The translations under genes and the position numbers were made by a program. Below are positions 48,411 to 60,189 of a stretch of DNA of 64,000 nucleotides, piece by piece (the stretch's first letter is position 1; every line of letters starts with the position of its first letter). This DNA comes from Escherichia coli. GTDB taxonomy: Bacteria > Pseudomonadota > Gammaproteobacteria > Enterobacterales > Enterobacteriaceae. The stretch lies in NCBI RefSeq assembly GCF_003334305.1, contig NZ_QOWS01000004.1; one strand, written 5' to 3'. The notes beneath the pieces were generated by a model. That model ran no database searches, was not told the DNA's origin, and saw only the letters and a program-made list of their open reading frames with translations.

Positions 48411-49775
48411 ATGTCCACAATTACATTGTTATGCATTGCGTTAGCTGGCGTAATCATGCTGTTGCTGCTGGTCATCAAGGCAAAGGTACAACCATTCGTT
48501 GCTCTGCTCCTCGTCAGCCTGTTAGTCGCACTTGCGGCGGGTATACCGGCGGGCGAAGTGGGTAAAGTGATGATCGCCGGGATGGGCGGTGTGCTTGGTT
48601 CCGTCACTATTATTATTGGTCTGGGCGCTATGCTGGGGCGTATGATCGAACACTCTGGTGGTGCAGAGTCACTGGCTAATTATTTCAGTCGCAAGTTAGG
48701 TGACAAACGAACTATCGCTGCGCTGACTCTGGCAGCGTTCTTCCTCGGTATTCCCGTCTTCTTTGATGTCGGCTTTATTATTCTTGCGCCAATCATTTAC
48801 GGTTTTGCCAAGGTTGCCAAAATATCGCCACTCAAATTTGGCCTGCCTGTCGCTGGAATCATGCTAACTGTTCATGTGGCGGTACCGCCGCATCCAGGCC
48901 CTGTCGCCGCAGCGGGGTTACTCCACGCAGACATCGGCTGGCTAACCATCATCGGTATTGCGATTTCTATTCCCGTAGGGATTGTTGGCTACTTTGCAGC
49001 GAAAATAATCAATACGCGCCAATATGCGATGTCGGTGGAAGTACTGGAACAGATGCAACTGGCTCCGGCCAGTGAGGAAGGCGCAACAAAATTAAGCGAT
49101 AAAATAAATCCACCGGGCGTCGCGCTGGTCACCTCGCTAATTGTTATTCCTATCGCGATTATCATGGCGGGTACGGTTTCCGCAACACTGATGCCGCCTT
49201 CGCATCCCCTGCTTGGTACGCTACAGCTGATCGGCTCACCAATGGTAGCTCTAATGATTGCGCTGGTGCTGGCATTCTGGTTATTGGCTTTACGTCGCGG
49301 CTGGAGCTTACAACACACCAGCGACATTATGGGCTCAGCCCTTCCCACTGCGGCGGTAGTGATTTTGGTTACTGGTGCTGGAGGGGTATTTGGCAAAGTG
49401 CTGGTGGAATCGGGCGTCGGCAAAGCCCTTGCCAATATGCTACAAATGATTGACCTGCCTCTGTTACCAGCCGCATTTATTATTTCACTGGCTCTGCGTG
49501 CATCGCAGGGGTCAGCAACCGTAGCAATCCTGACAACCGGCGGGTTACTCTCAGAAGCGGTGATGGGATTGAATCCGATTCAGTGCGTATTGGTGACGCT
49601 GGCAGCCTGCTTTGGTGGGCTTGGCGCGTCACATATTAATGACTCAGGGTTCTGGATTGTGACCAAATATCTGGGGTTGTCGGTAGCAGACGGTCTGAAA
49701 ACCTGGACAGTGTTAACGACCATTCTCGGTTTTACCGGATTCTTAATTACCTGGTGCGTATGGGCGGTAATTTGA
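48411..49775 (+). CDS. ygbN: GntP-family acid-sugar permease
   Basis: ORF track 454 aa, polytopic membrane protein. Confidence 0.9.
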   Translation: MSTITLLCIALAGVIMLLLLVIKAKVQPFVALLLVSLLVALAAGIPAGEVGKVMIAGMGGVLGSVTIIIGLGAMLGRMIEHSGGAESLANYFSRKLGDKRTIAALTLAAFFLGIPVFFDVGFIILAPIIYGFAKVAKISPLKFGLPVAGIMLTVHVAVPPHPGPVAAAGLLHADIGWLTIIGIAISIPVGIVGYFAAKIINTRQYAMSVEVLEQMQLAPASEEGATKLSDKINPPGVALVTSLIVIPIAIIMAGTVSATLMPPSHPLLGTLQLIGSPMVALMIALVLAFWLLALRRGWSLQHTSDIMGSALPTAAVVILVTGAGGVFGKVLVESGVGKALANMLQMIDLPLLPAAFIISLALRASQGSATVAILTTGGLLSEAVMGLNPIQCVLVTLAACFGGLGASHINDSGFWIVTKYLGLSVADGLKTWTVLTTILGFTGFLITWCVWAVI

Positions 49776-49780
49776 CCTTA

Positions 49781-49816
49781 ATAAAAAGGTCCGATGGGCA
49801 TCGGACCTTTTATTTA
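49781..49816. terminator. Bidirectional rho-independent terminator shared by convergent ygbN and ecdD
   Basis: ataaaaa-ggtccgatg-ggc-catcggacc-tttttattt: stem flanked by an A-run and a T-run. Confidence 0.8.
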
Positions 49817-50050
49817 ACGCTTACCTTCCACCAGCAGCGGCGGGATGCTCGGCACCATTGGCGCGTCATCAATATCTTTCTGCGTCATGCGGAACGCTTC
49901 GGGATAATGTTCGCGGCTGGTACGGCGCAGCGGTTCGGTATCGCGCCAGGTATAAAGGCAATGCTGGCACTGATATACCGTCCAGACATCTTTCACCGGC
50001 GATTTCGCCATCACTTCAATCTGTTCATCGGCACAACGTGGACAAATCAT
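49814..50050 (-). CDS. ecdD: Small zinc-ribbon subunit of UbiD-family phenolic acid decarboxylase (BsdD/EcdD-like)
   Basis: ORF track 78 aa MICPRCADEQIEVMAKSPVKDVWTVYQCQHCLYTW (CxxC...CxxC); last gene of the UbiX-UbiD-small subunit operon. Confidence 0.75.
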   Translation of the reverse strand: MICPRCADEQIEVMAKSPVKDVWTVYQCQHCLYTWRDTEPLRRTSREHYPEAFRMTQKDIDDAPMVPSIPPLLVEGKR

Positions 50051-50060
50051 CTTCTTCTCC

Positions 50061-51488
50061 TTATTTACGTGCAGCCAGCATAGCGGTCAGTTTTTCAGCC
50101 CAGGCTTTGGTTTCCGGTAAATCCACCACCGGTTGGCTGTAGTGACCACGGTTGTCCGGGGCGACAGGCGTAGTGGCGTCGATAATCAGCTTGTCGGTGA
50201 TCCCCGCAGGGCTTGAGCCTGGATCGAGTTCCAGCACGGACATATTCGGCAACTGCACCAAATCCCCTGCCGGGTTCACTTTCGAGGAGAGCGCCCACAT
50301 CACCTGCGGCAGGTTGAACGGGTCAACGTCTTCATCGACCATAATCACCATCTTCACGTAGCCCAGACCATGCGGCGTGGTCATTGCGCGCAGGCCCACC
50401 GCGCGGGCAAAGCCGCCGTAGCGTTTTTTGGTGGAGATAATCGCCAGCAGGCCATGGGTGTACATGGCGTTTACCGCCTGCACTTCAGGGAACTCGGCTT
50501 TCAGCTGCTGATACAGCGGCACGCAGGTGGCTGGCCCCATCAGGTAGTCGATTTCGGTCCACGGCATACCGAGGTACAGCGATTCGAAAATCGGCCTGGT
50601 GCGGTAAGAGACTTTATCGATGCGCACCACGGTCATGTTACGCCCGCCGGAGTAGTGCCCGGTAAACTCACCGAACGGCCCTTCGATTTCGCGTTTACGG
50701 CTTTCGATAACCCCTTCGAGGATCACTTCTGAACCCCACGGCACATCAAAACCGGTCAGCGGGGCGGTGGCGATCGGGTACGGGCTTTCACGCAGCGCGC
50801 CTGCCATTTCATACTCAGACTGATCGTATTTCAGCGGCGTGGCCCCCATCAGCGTGATGATCGGATCGTTACCGAGCGTGATCGCAATCGGCAGATCTTC
50901 ACCGCGCTCTTCTGCTTTATGCAGATGCAGGGCGATATCGTGCATCGGCACCGGTTGCAGGCCGAGCTTACGCTTGCCCTTCACTTCCATGCGGTAGATG
51001 CCGACGTTCTGCTTGCCGAAGTTATCTGGGTCGAGCGGATCGCGGGAAACCACGCAGGCTTTGTCGAGATAGAAACCGCCATCGCCATCGTTTAAACGAA
51101 ACAGCGGCAGGATATCGAACAGGTTAATCTCTTCGCCATCGACGGTGTTCTGCGCCCAGGCTGGATTGGCGCGGCGCTCCGGGGCAATCGGGAAGTTATC
51201 CCAGCGGCGGATAAACTCATCAATCTGCTTTTTGACCGGGGTGTTTGGTGGCAGGCCAAGGGAAATCGCGTGGTTCTGCCAGGAACCGATGGTATTCATC
51301 GTCACGCGGGCATCGGTAAAGCCGCGAATATTATCAAACCACAGCGCGGGCGCGCCGTCGCCGATACGCCCGGTGGCGTTAGCTGCTGCTGCCAGATCCG
51401 GCTCAGCGTTCACCTCTTCGCTGATTTTCAGTAACTGGCCGTGGTCATCAAGCGCCTGTAAAAAGCTGCGTAAATCATCAAATGCCAT
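50061..51488 (-). CDS. ecdC: UbiD-family (prenyl-FMN-dependent) aromatic acid decarboxylase
   Basis: ORF track 475 aa MAFDDLRSFLQALDDHGQLLKISEEVNAEPDL. Confidence 0.85.
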   Translation of the reverse strand: MAFDDLRSFLQALDDHGQLLKISEEVNAEPDLAAAANATGRIGDGAPALWFDNIRGFTDARVTMNTIGSWQNHAISLGLPPNTPVKKQIDEFIRRWDNFPIAPERRANPAWAQNTVDGEEINLFDILPLFRLNDGDGGFYLDKACVVSRDPLDPDNFGKQNVGIYRMEVKGKRKLGLQPVPMHDIALHLHKAEERGEDLPIAITLGNDPIITLMGATPLKYDQSEYEMAGALRESPYPIATAPLTGFDVPWGSEVILEGVIESRKREIEGPFGEFTGHYSGGRNMTVVRIDKVSYRTRPIFESLYLGMPWTEIDYLMGPATCVPLYQQLKAEFPEVQAVNAMYTHGLLAIISTKKRYGGFARAVGLRAMTTPHGLGYVKMVIMVDEDVDPFNLPQVMWALSSKVNPAGDLVQLPNMSVLELDPGSSPAGITDKLIIDATTPVAPDNRGHYSQPVVDLPETKAWAEKLTAMLAARK

Positions 51489-52081
51489 TATTCATTCTCC
51501 TGAGAAAAATTCCGGGCCTGCGGCAATCCTTGCCAGCGCCTGGCATGGGGATGTTCGAGGCCAAATTTATCCAGCACGCGGGCTACCACATGGTGGACAA
51601 TGTCATCTACCGTTTCGGGATGGTTATAAAAGGCAGGCATCGGCGGCACCATCGCCACGCCCATGCGTGAAAGTGCGAGCATATTTTCGAGATGGATGGT
51701 GCTAAGCGGCATTTCACGCGGCACCAGCACCAGTTTGCGGCCTTCTTTGAGCACGACGTCCGCCGCGCGCCCTACCAGGCCATCGGCGTAACCAGCGCGG
51801 ATACCGGCGAGCGTTTTCATACTGCACGGAATAACGATCATGCCGTCGGTACGAAAAGAACCGGATGAGATGATCGCCGCCTGATCCGCCGGGTTATGGC
51901 TGAAGTCTGCGAGGGCAGCAACATCGCGAGCGCTGTAAGGCGTTTCCAGTTCAATGGTGGTTTTCGCCCACTTCGACATCACCAGATGAGTCTCGACATT
52001 CGGCATCTCCCGCAGCGCTTGCAGTAATGCCACACCAAGAGGCGCACCGGTAGCCCCTGTCATCCCGACGATCAGTTTCAT
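51488..52081 (-). CDS. ecdB: UbiX/Pad1-family flavin prenyltransferase
   Basis: ORF track 197 aa MKLIVGMTGATGAPLGVALLQAL; stop overlaps the ecdC start. Confidence 0.85.
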   Translation of the reverse strand: MKLIVGMTGATGAPLGVALLQALREMPNVETHLVMSKWAKTTIELETPYSARDVAALADFSHNPADQAAIISSGSFRTDGMIVIPCSMKTLAGIRAGYADGLVGRAADVVLKEGRKLVLVPREMPLSTIHLENMLALSRMGVAMVPPMPAFYNHPETVDDIVHHVVARVLDKFGLEHPHARRWQGLPQARNFSQENE

Positions 52082-52227
52082 TGCTTATCCTCTTAATTGT
52101 TCGTATACGAACATTATTATTAACATACTCCTTCATTTCCACAGCGGCAAGGATTGAAAAGTAACAACATCTTCTTCGTCACTAAAAAACCGCTATGATA
52201 GCGACAGAGAATTAGCCCGGAGTTTAC

Positions 52228-52635
52228 ATGGCGTTACGAAATAAAGCGTTCCATCAGTTACGACAGCTTTTTCAGCAGCACACGGCTCGCTGGCAGCACG
52301 AGTTACCTGACCTGACCAAACCACAGTACGCGGTGATGCGCGCCATTGCTGATAAACCTGGTATCGAACAGGTGGCACTGATAGAAGCAGCTGTCAGCAC
52401 CAAAGCAACGTTAGCAGAAATGTTGGCAAGAATGGAAAATCGTGGCTTAGTCAGACGTGAACATGACCCCGCTGATAAGCGGCGACGCTTTGTCTGGTTG
52501 ACTGCCGAAGGCGAAAAGATACTTGCTGCGGCGATACCCATTGGTGACAGCGTGGATGAGGAATTTTTGGGGCGTTTGAGTGGAGAAGAGCAGGAGCTGT
52601 TTATGCAGCTGGTGCGCAAGATGATGAACGCATAG
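52228..52635 (+). CDS. hosA: MarR/SlyA-family transcriptional regulator
   Basis: ORF track 135 aa; winged-helix region QYAVMRAIADKPGIEQVALIEAAVSTKATLAEMLARMENRGLVRR; divergent from ecdBCD. Confidence 0.8.
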   Translation: MALRNKAFHQLRQLFQQHTARWQHELPDLTKPQYAVMRAIADKPGIEQVALIEAAVSTKATLAEMLARMENRGLVRREHDPADKRRRFVWLTAEGEKILAAAIPIGDSVDEEFLGRLSGEEQELFMQLVRKMMNA

Positions 52636-52646
52636 GGGGCAAATTT

Positions 52647-52680
52647 CCGGATGCGACGCTATCGCGTCTTATCCAGACTA
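52647..52680. repeat. REP-like element downstream of hosA
   Basis: ccggatgcgacgctatcgcgtcttatccagacta resembles the REP consensus. Confidence 0.6.
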
Positions 52681-52704
52681 CAAATACACCGACTCACCAA
52701 CCGA

Positions 52705-52737
52705 AAGAAAAAAGGCCAGCCTCGCTTGAGACTGGCC
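52705..52737 (-). terminator. Rho-independent terminator of rpoS
   Basis: Minus strand: ggccagtctcaagcgaggctggcc followed by uuuuuucuu, about 20 nt after the rpoS stop. Confidence 0.8.
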
Positions 52738-52755
52738 TTTCTGACAGATGCTTAC

Positions 52756-53748
52756 TTACTCGCGGAACAGCGCTTCGATATTCAGCCCCTGCGTTTGTAG
52801 GATTTCGCGCAAACGGCGCAGGCCTTCAACCTGAATCTGGCGAACACGTTCACGGGTGAGGCCAATTTCACGACCTACATCTTCCAGTGTTGCCGCTTCG
52901 TACCCCAGCAAACCGAATCGACGTGCCAGCACTTCACGCTGTTTGGCGTTCAGCTCGAACAGCCATTTGACGATGCTCTGCTTCATATCATCATCTTGCG
53001 TGGTATCTTCCGGACCGTTCTCTTTTTCATCGGCCAGGATGTCCAGCAACGCTTTTTCGGAATCACCACCCAGCGGGGTGTCTACCGAGGTAATGCGCTC
53101 GTTAAGACGAAGCATACGGCTGACGTCATCAACTGGCTTATCCAGTTGCTCTGCGATCTCTTCCGCACTTGGTTCATGGTCCAGCTTATGGGACAACTCA
53201 CGTGCGGTTCGCAGGTAAACGTTCAGCTCCTTTACGATGTGAATCGGCAAACGAATAGTACGGGTTTGGTTCATAATCGCCCGTTCAATCGTCTGGCGAA
53301 TCCACCAGGTTGCGTATGTCGAGAAGCGGAAACCACGTTCCGGGTCAAACTTCTCTACCGCGCGGATCAGCCCCAGGTTGCCCTCTTCGATAAGGTCCAG
53401 CAACGCCAGACCACGATTGCCATAACGGCGGGCAATTTTTACCACCAGACGCAAGTTACTCTCGATCATCCGGCGGCGAGAGGCGACATCTCCACGCAGT
53501 GCGCGACGCGCAAAATAAACTTCTTCTTCGGCCGTTAACAGTGGTGAATAACCAATCTCACCAAGGTAAAGCTGAGTCGCGTCCAACACACGCTGTGTGG
53601 CTCCCTGCGATAACAGTTCCTCTTCGGCCAAATCGTTATCACTGGGTTCCTCTTCTACTAAGGCCTTTTCGTCAAAAACCTCAACTCCGTTCTCATCAAA
53701 TTCCGCATCTTCATTTAAATCATGAACTTTCAGCGTATTCTGACTCAT
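52756..53748 (-). CDS. rpoS: RNA polymerase sigma factor RpoS (sigma-38), apparently intact
   Basis: ORF track 52756..53784; start at [21 protein letters not shown], 330 aa; no amber at codon 33. Confidence 0.97.
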   Translation of the reverse strand: MSQNTLKVHDLNEDAEFDENGVEVFDEKALVEEEPSDNDLAEEELLSQGATQRVLDATQLYLGEIGYSPLLTAEEEVYFARRALRGDVASRRRMIESNLRLVVKIARRYGNRGLALLDLIEEGNLGLIRAVEKFDPERGFRFSTYATWWIRQTIERAIMNQTRTIRLPIHIVKELNVYLRTARELSHKLDHEPSAEEIAEQLDKPVDDVSRMLRLNERITSVDTPLGGDSEKALLDILADEKENGPEDTTQDDDMKQSIVKWLFELNAKQREVLARRFGLLGYEAATLEDVGREIGLTRERVRQIQVEGLRRLREILQTQGLNIEALFRE

Positions 53749-53810
53749 AAGGTGGCTCCTACCCGTGATCCCTTGACGGAACATTCAAGCAAAAGCCTGG
53801 TTCCGCCGAT

Positions 53811-54950
53811 TTATCGCTGCGGCAAATAACGCAGCGGGTTTACGGATTTCCCCTTGTAACGAATTTCAAAATGCAAGCGTGTTGAACTGGTTCCGGTGCT
53901 ACCCATGGTTGCTATTTTTTGCCCCGCCTTCACTTCTTGTTGTTCCCGGACCAGCATTGTGTCGTTATGGGCGTAGGCACTCAGGTAATCATCATTATGT
54001 TTGATGATAATCAGATTACCGTAGCCGCGCAGCGCGTTACCGGCATAAACAACGCGGCCATCTGCGGTCGCGATAATTGCCTGTCCTTTGCTGCCTGCGA
54101 TATCAATCCCCTTGTTGCCCCCCTCAGAAGCGCCAAAGGTTTCGATCACTTTGCCCTCAGTCGGCCAGCGCCAGGTGGAGATAGGCGTACTGGTTGATGT
54201 ACTGCTGACAGTTGGCTCGGTTGTGCTTGCTGTTGGTACCGTTACAGGCGCTGTGACCGTGGTCGCAGCTGGCTTGTTGTTCGGCAACATTTTGTTAGCA
54301 CTCTGTTCACCCGAAGATTCAGAATACGTAATTGTCGGTTGCGACGCAACAGCAACGGTGGAATTTTGTGCAGGCTTGATCACAACTCCTTGCTCTGCTG
54401 CGTCGGCCTGGGTAATGGCATTTCCGCCAGTGATTGGCGTACCGGAAGCATTACCCACCTGCAAGGTCTGACCAACGTTCAGCGCGTATGGTGCCTGAAT
54501 ATTGTTGCGCTGAGCAAGGTCACGGAAATCGTTGCCAGTAATCCAGGCGATATAGAAAAGTGTGTCGCCTTTTTTCACGGTATAGGTACTGCCGCTATAA
54601 CTGCCTTTCGGAATGTTCCCATACTGACGGTTATAGACGATGCGTCCGTTTTCCATCTGTACCGGCTGCTGAGCTACTGGCTGCACTGGCTGGATTTGCG
54701 GTTGTTGAGTAGCCTGAATTTGTGGCTGCTGTACCGGCTGAATTTGCGGTTGCTGGGCTGTAGACGTCGTCCCCATTTTCGGCGGCGGCGTAATCAACAT
54801 ACCAGAATTGGTATTTGCAGGCGCATTGCCATTAACAGAGCTGACCGGTGCCGGTGGATTTGAAGTGTCAGAACAGCCTGCCAGCCATAGCGAAACCAGT
54901 GACAAAGCCGCAATGCGGCGAACGGTGAATTTTGGGCTTCCCGCGCTCAT
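53811..54950 (-). CDS. nlpD: Murein hydrolase activator lipoprotein NlpD (LysM + LytM/M23 domains)
   Basis: ORF track 379 aa; lipobox LAGCS; Gln/Pro-rich repeat QPQIQ. Confidence 0.95.
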   Translation of the reverse strand: MSAGSPKFTVRRIAALSLVSLWLAGCSDTSNPPAPVSSVNGNAPANTNSGMLITPPPKMGTTSTAQQPQIQPVQQPQIQATQQPQIQPVQPVAQQPVQMENGRIVYNRQYGNIPKGSYSGSTYTVKKGDTLFYIAWITGNDFRDLAQRNNIQAPYALNVGQTLQVGNASGTPITGGNAITQADAAEQGVVIKPAQNSTVAVASQPTITYSESSGEQSANKMLPNNKPAATTVTAPVTVPTASTTEPTVSSTSTSTPISTWRWPTEGKVIETFGASEGGNKGIDIAGSKGQAIIATADGRVVYAGNALRGYGNLIIIKHNDDYLSAYAHNDTMLVREQQEVKAGQKIATMGSTGTSSTRLHFEIRYKGKSVNPLRYLPQR

Positions 54951-55089
54951 TTATCCCCCAGGAAAAATTGGTTAATAACCAGTGACATAATTACCGTGCA
55001 AGGCACCCTACTGAACACTGGAAAAGATGTTCACGATACGCTGACCTGCGGCAAAATAACCAGGAAAAATCCAGGTATTTCCTCACGTT

Positions 55090-56451
<1,362 letters not shown>

Positions 56452-56471
<20 letters not shown>

Positions 56472-57501
56472 AATCACCTGTTGTGTTGATAAGTTCCCTG
56501 ACAACGCTGGTTGCAAAACTACCCGCCGGAAGCCAGAAACGGATCTCTACGGTGACGTCATCCCACCAATTCCAGCTTAATTGTTGCGGATACAGCAGCA
56601 TCGCTCTGCGCGCGGCTTCAACTTTTTCGCGCACCAGTAAAGCTTGTAATTCAGTTTCTGCGGCGACAGCTGCTTGTTCGAATGCCAGCGCTTCACGCTG
56701 AGTTCCCCATTCGCCACTGCCCGGCAATGCGGCGGTTATCATCAACTCTTTATCGTTGACGCGACGCTGTAATTCCGCCAGTTCTTCGGTGGTTGCTACA
56801 AACCAGCTACCACGTCCGGCTAATTGTAGCGCATCGCCGTCAACAACTTGATTAACGTCTGCTTTTTTGAGGCGCTCAGCAACAATCTGATTAAACAACG
56901 CACTGCGGGCTGCCGACAACCAAAAACTCCGTTTATTACGATCGCGCACCGGAGTATTGGTTTGCGCCCAGCGCAGCGCGCCCTGCAAGTTGCTACCGCC
57001 AATCCCAAAACGTTGGGCACCGAAGTAGTTCGGTACACCTTTTACGCAAATATCGATCAGACGTTGTTCAACGTCATCGCGATTGCTCACTTCGCGCAGA
57101 ACCAGGGTAAAAGCGTTACCTTTCAGCGCGCCTAAACGCAGCTTACGCTTGTGCCGCGCATACTCCAGCACCTGGCAGCCTTCCAGTTGAAAGGCGCTCA
57201 GATCGGGCATTTCCTTGCCTGGCACGCGAGCGCATAACCACTGTTCCGTAACAGCATGTTTGTCTTTTTGCCCAGCGAAGCTGACTTCACGGGCATGAAT
57301 TTTCAGGAATTTCGCCAGTGCATCCGCCACAAAACGGGTATTGCAGCCGTTTTTGAGGATTCTAACCAGAATATGCTCACCTTCACCATCAGGCTCAAAG
57401 CCCAAATCTTCCACCACCACAAAGTCTTCCGGATTGGCTTTCAGCAGCCCGGTGCCTTGCGGTTTACCGTGGAGGTAAGTGAGATTATCAAACTCAATCA
57501 T
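56452..57501 (-). CDS. truD: tRNA pseudouridine(13) synthase TruD
   Basis: ORF track 349 aa [29 protein letters not shown]. Confidence 0.93.
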
Positions 57502-57977
57502 TTTGTTGCCTTAATGAGTAGCGCCACCGCTTCACAGGCAATCCCTTCCCCACGTCCGGTAAATCCAAGTTTTTCCGTAGTAGTGGCTTTCACGTTAACA
57601 TCATCCATATGGCAGCCGAGATCTTCGGCAATAAACACGCGCATTTGTGGAATGTGCGGCAACATCTTCGGTGCCTGAGCGATGATAGTGACATCGACGT
57701 TGCCCAGGGTATACCCCTTCGCCTGAATACGACGCCAGGCTTCGCGTAGCAGCTCGCGGCTGTCGGCACCTTTAAATGCCGGATCGGTATCCGGGAACAG
57801 CTTGCCGATATCCCCCAGCGCCGCCGCGCCAAGCAATGCATCGGTCAACGCATGGAGCGCCACGTCGCCATCAGAATGCGCCAGCAATCCTTTTTCGTAA
57901 GGAATGCGTACGCCACCAATGATAATTGGGCCTTCACCGCCAAAGGCATGTACGTCAAAACCGTGTCCAATTCGCAT
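57498..57977 (-). CDS. ispF: 2-C-methyl-D-erythritol 2,4-cyclodiphosphate synthase
   Basis: ORF track 159 aa [39 protein letters not shown]. Confidence 0.97.
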
Positions 57978-58687
57978 TATGTATTCTCCTGATGGATGGT
58001 TCGGGTGAGGTAAAACTCGGCCAGTGCCAAATCTTCCGGGCGCGTGACTTTAATGTTATCCGCACGGCCTTCGACCAACTGAGGATGGAATCCGCAATAT
58101 TCCAGCGCCGAGGCTTCGTCGGTAATAGTCGCGCCTTCATTTAGAGCGCGCGTCAGACAGTCATGTAACAGCTCACGAGGGAAAAATTGCGGCGTCAGCG
58201 CGTGCCATAAGCCGTTGCGATCAACGGTATGAGCAATGGCATTTTTGCCCGGTTCGGCACGTTTCATCGTATCGCGCACTGGTGCGGCTAGGATCCCTCC
58301 CGTGCGGCTGGTTTCGCTCAACGCCAACAATCGCGCGAGGTCATCCTGATGCAGACAAGGACGAGCGGCGTCATGCACCAATACCCACTGCGCGTCGCCA
58401 GCGGCTTTCAAACCTGCCAGCACGGAATCGGCACGCTCATCACCGCCATCTACAACGGTGATTTGCGGATGATTCGCCAGAGGAAGTTGTGCAAAACGGC
58501 TATCGCCAGGACTTATGGCAATGACGACACGTTTCACCCGGGGATGCGCCAGCAGCGCATGCACCGAGTGTTCAAGAATGGTTTGATTACCGATTGAGAG
58601 ATATTGCTTAGGACATTCCGTTTGCATTCGACGGCCAAATCCGGCCGCCGGAACCACGGCGCAAACATCCAAATGAGTGGTTGCCAT
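57977..58687 (-). CDS. ispD: 2-C-methyl-D-erythritol 4-phosphate cytidylyltransferase
   Basis: ORF track 236 aa; motif [11 protein letters not shown]. Confidence 0.97.
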
Positions 58688-58705
58688 GTTAATTCCCGGG
58701 CTGAT

Positions 58706-59017
58706 TTATCGATTGTTTTGCCCCGCAGACTGTGCGCGCTTCGACGCGTCAGGCACCAGACGATAAAAAGTTTCGCCCGGCCTGGTCATGCTGAGTTCAT
58801 TACGCGCACGCTCTTCGAGCGCCTCCTGGCCGCCATTGAGATCGTCAATTTCGGCAAAAAGTTGATCGTTTCGCGCTTTAAGTTTCGCGTTTGTAGCTTG
58901 CTGTGCCGCCACATCATCATTGACGCGGGTATAGTCATGTATACCGTTCTTACCGAACCACAGCGAATACTGTAGCCAGACCAGAATAGCCAGCAACAGC
59001 AGCGTTAGTTTACCCAT
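58706..59017 (-). CDS. ftsB: Cell division protein FtsB
   Basis: ORF track 103 aa [29 protein letters not shown]. Confidence 0.95.
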
Positions 59018-59210
59018 CCTGCCCCCTGAAAAACGGCATCATCATCCCATGCATCCGAAGACGACTCTACATCCTCTGTTGGGGATACCGCGACAACGCG
59101 GGCAAATGTACCACATTTGTCCATTGTTACGTATACCCAGGGCGTGCAGAACATAATCTCATTATTAGTTACGGTTTGAATTATGAACAGAGGAGACAAG
59201 AAAGTACAAA

Positions 59211-59534
59211 TTAGCCCAGTAGCCACATAAACAGTGCGCCAAACATAATGCCTACTGTCACCAGGGTGAAAACAATACTGTAGCGTAGCTTTCCGTCCAT
59301 CAATGAATGCAGCGCAATCCCCACCACTACCGCGACGGGCATCAGCGCCAGAAAGAAAGGCCAGGTGTAGATAAAGAAGAACAGCGTGTTAGAGCCATAA
59401 ATCAACATCGGCATCGCCAGCGCAAATAACCAGGAGATAAAACCGACCACGGCACCAGGCAGTGACCATGTGGTTTCTTCATCCTCAGTAAGGCTGTCGT
59501 TATTTGTTAGTGTAATGTTATGGCTATTACGCAT
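59211..59534 (-). CDS. ygbE: Inner membrane protein YgbE
   Basis: ORF track 107 aa, three predicted TM helices. Confidence 0.88.
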   Translation of the reverse strand: MRNSHNITLTNNDSLTEDEETTWSLPGAVVGFISWLFALAMPMLIYGSNTLFFFIYTWPFFLALMPVAVVVGIALHSLMDGKLRYSIVFTLVTVGIMFGALFMWLLG

Positions 59535-59583
59535 ATTTGATCCTGTTACTTTGACGAACCGGGCATGGAAACCCGGTGGTGTC

Positions 59584-60189
59584 TCAGGATCTGATAATAT
59601 CGTTCTGTCTCAACAGATCTAATAATTGCTGTACCAAATTTGTTACTAATTGTTCACCATTGAGATGAATTTCTGCCGATTCAGGCGCTTCGTAAACGGA
59701 ATCTATTCCCGTAAAGTTGCGCAGTTCACCGGCACGCGCTTTCTTATATAAGCCTTTGGGATCGCGGGCTTCGCAAATCGCCAGCGGCGTATCGACAAAC
59801 ACTTCGATAAAGCGCCCTTCTCCTACGCGTTCGCGAACCATCTGGCGTTCGGCGCGGTGTGGCGAGATAAATGCGGTCAGCACCACCAGTCCGGCTTCAA
59901 CCATCAAATTCGCCACTTCACCGACGCGACGGATATTCTCTTTACGATCGGCATCGCTAAAACCGAGATCGCTGCATAATCCGTGGCGAACATTATCGCC
60001 ATCCAGCAGATACGTACTGACGCCGAGTTTATGTAACGCCTCCTCCAGCGCCCCGGCGACCGTTGATTTACCGGACCCGGAGAGGCCGGTAAACCACAGC
60101 ACTACACCACGATGACCGTGGTGTAGCTCGCGTTGTTGCACAGTGACCGGATGGCTATGCCAGACGACGTTTTCGTCATGCAGCGCCAT
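59584..60189 (-). CDS. cysC: Adenylyl-sulfate (APS) kinase
   Basis: ORF track 201 aa; P-loop GLSGSGKST. Confidence 0.97.

Noticed and set aside
52756-53748. Possible rpoS amber or attenuated allele, as is common in laboratory K-12 stocks
   Set aside because: The reading frame is uninterrupted over the full 330 codons, with no stop at codon 33.
59005-59226. 73-aa ORF filling the ftsB-ygbE intergenic region
   Set aside because: GTG start without a recognisable Shine-Dalgarno, overlaps both flanking genes, no informative motifs; more likely promoter/UTR sequence.
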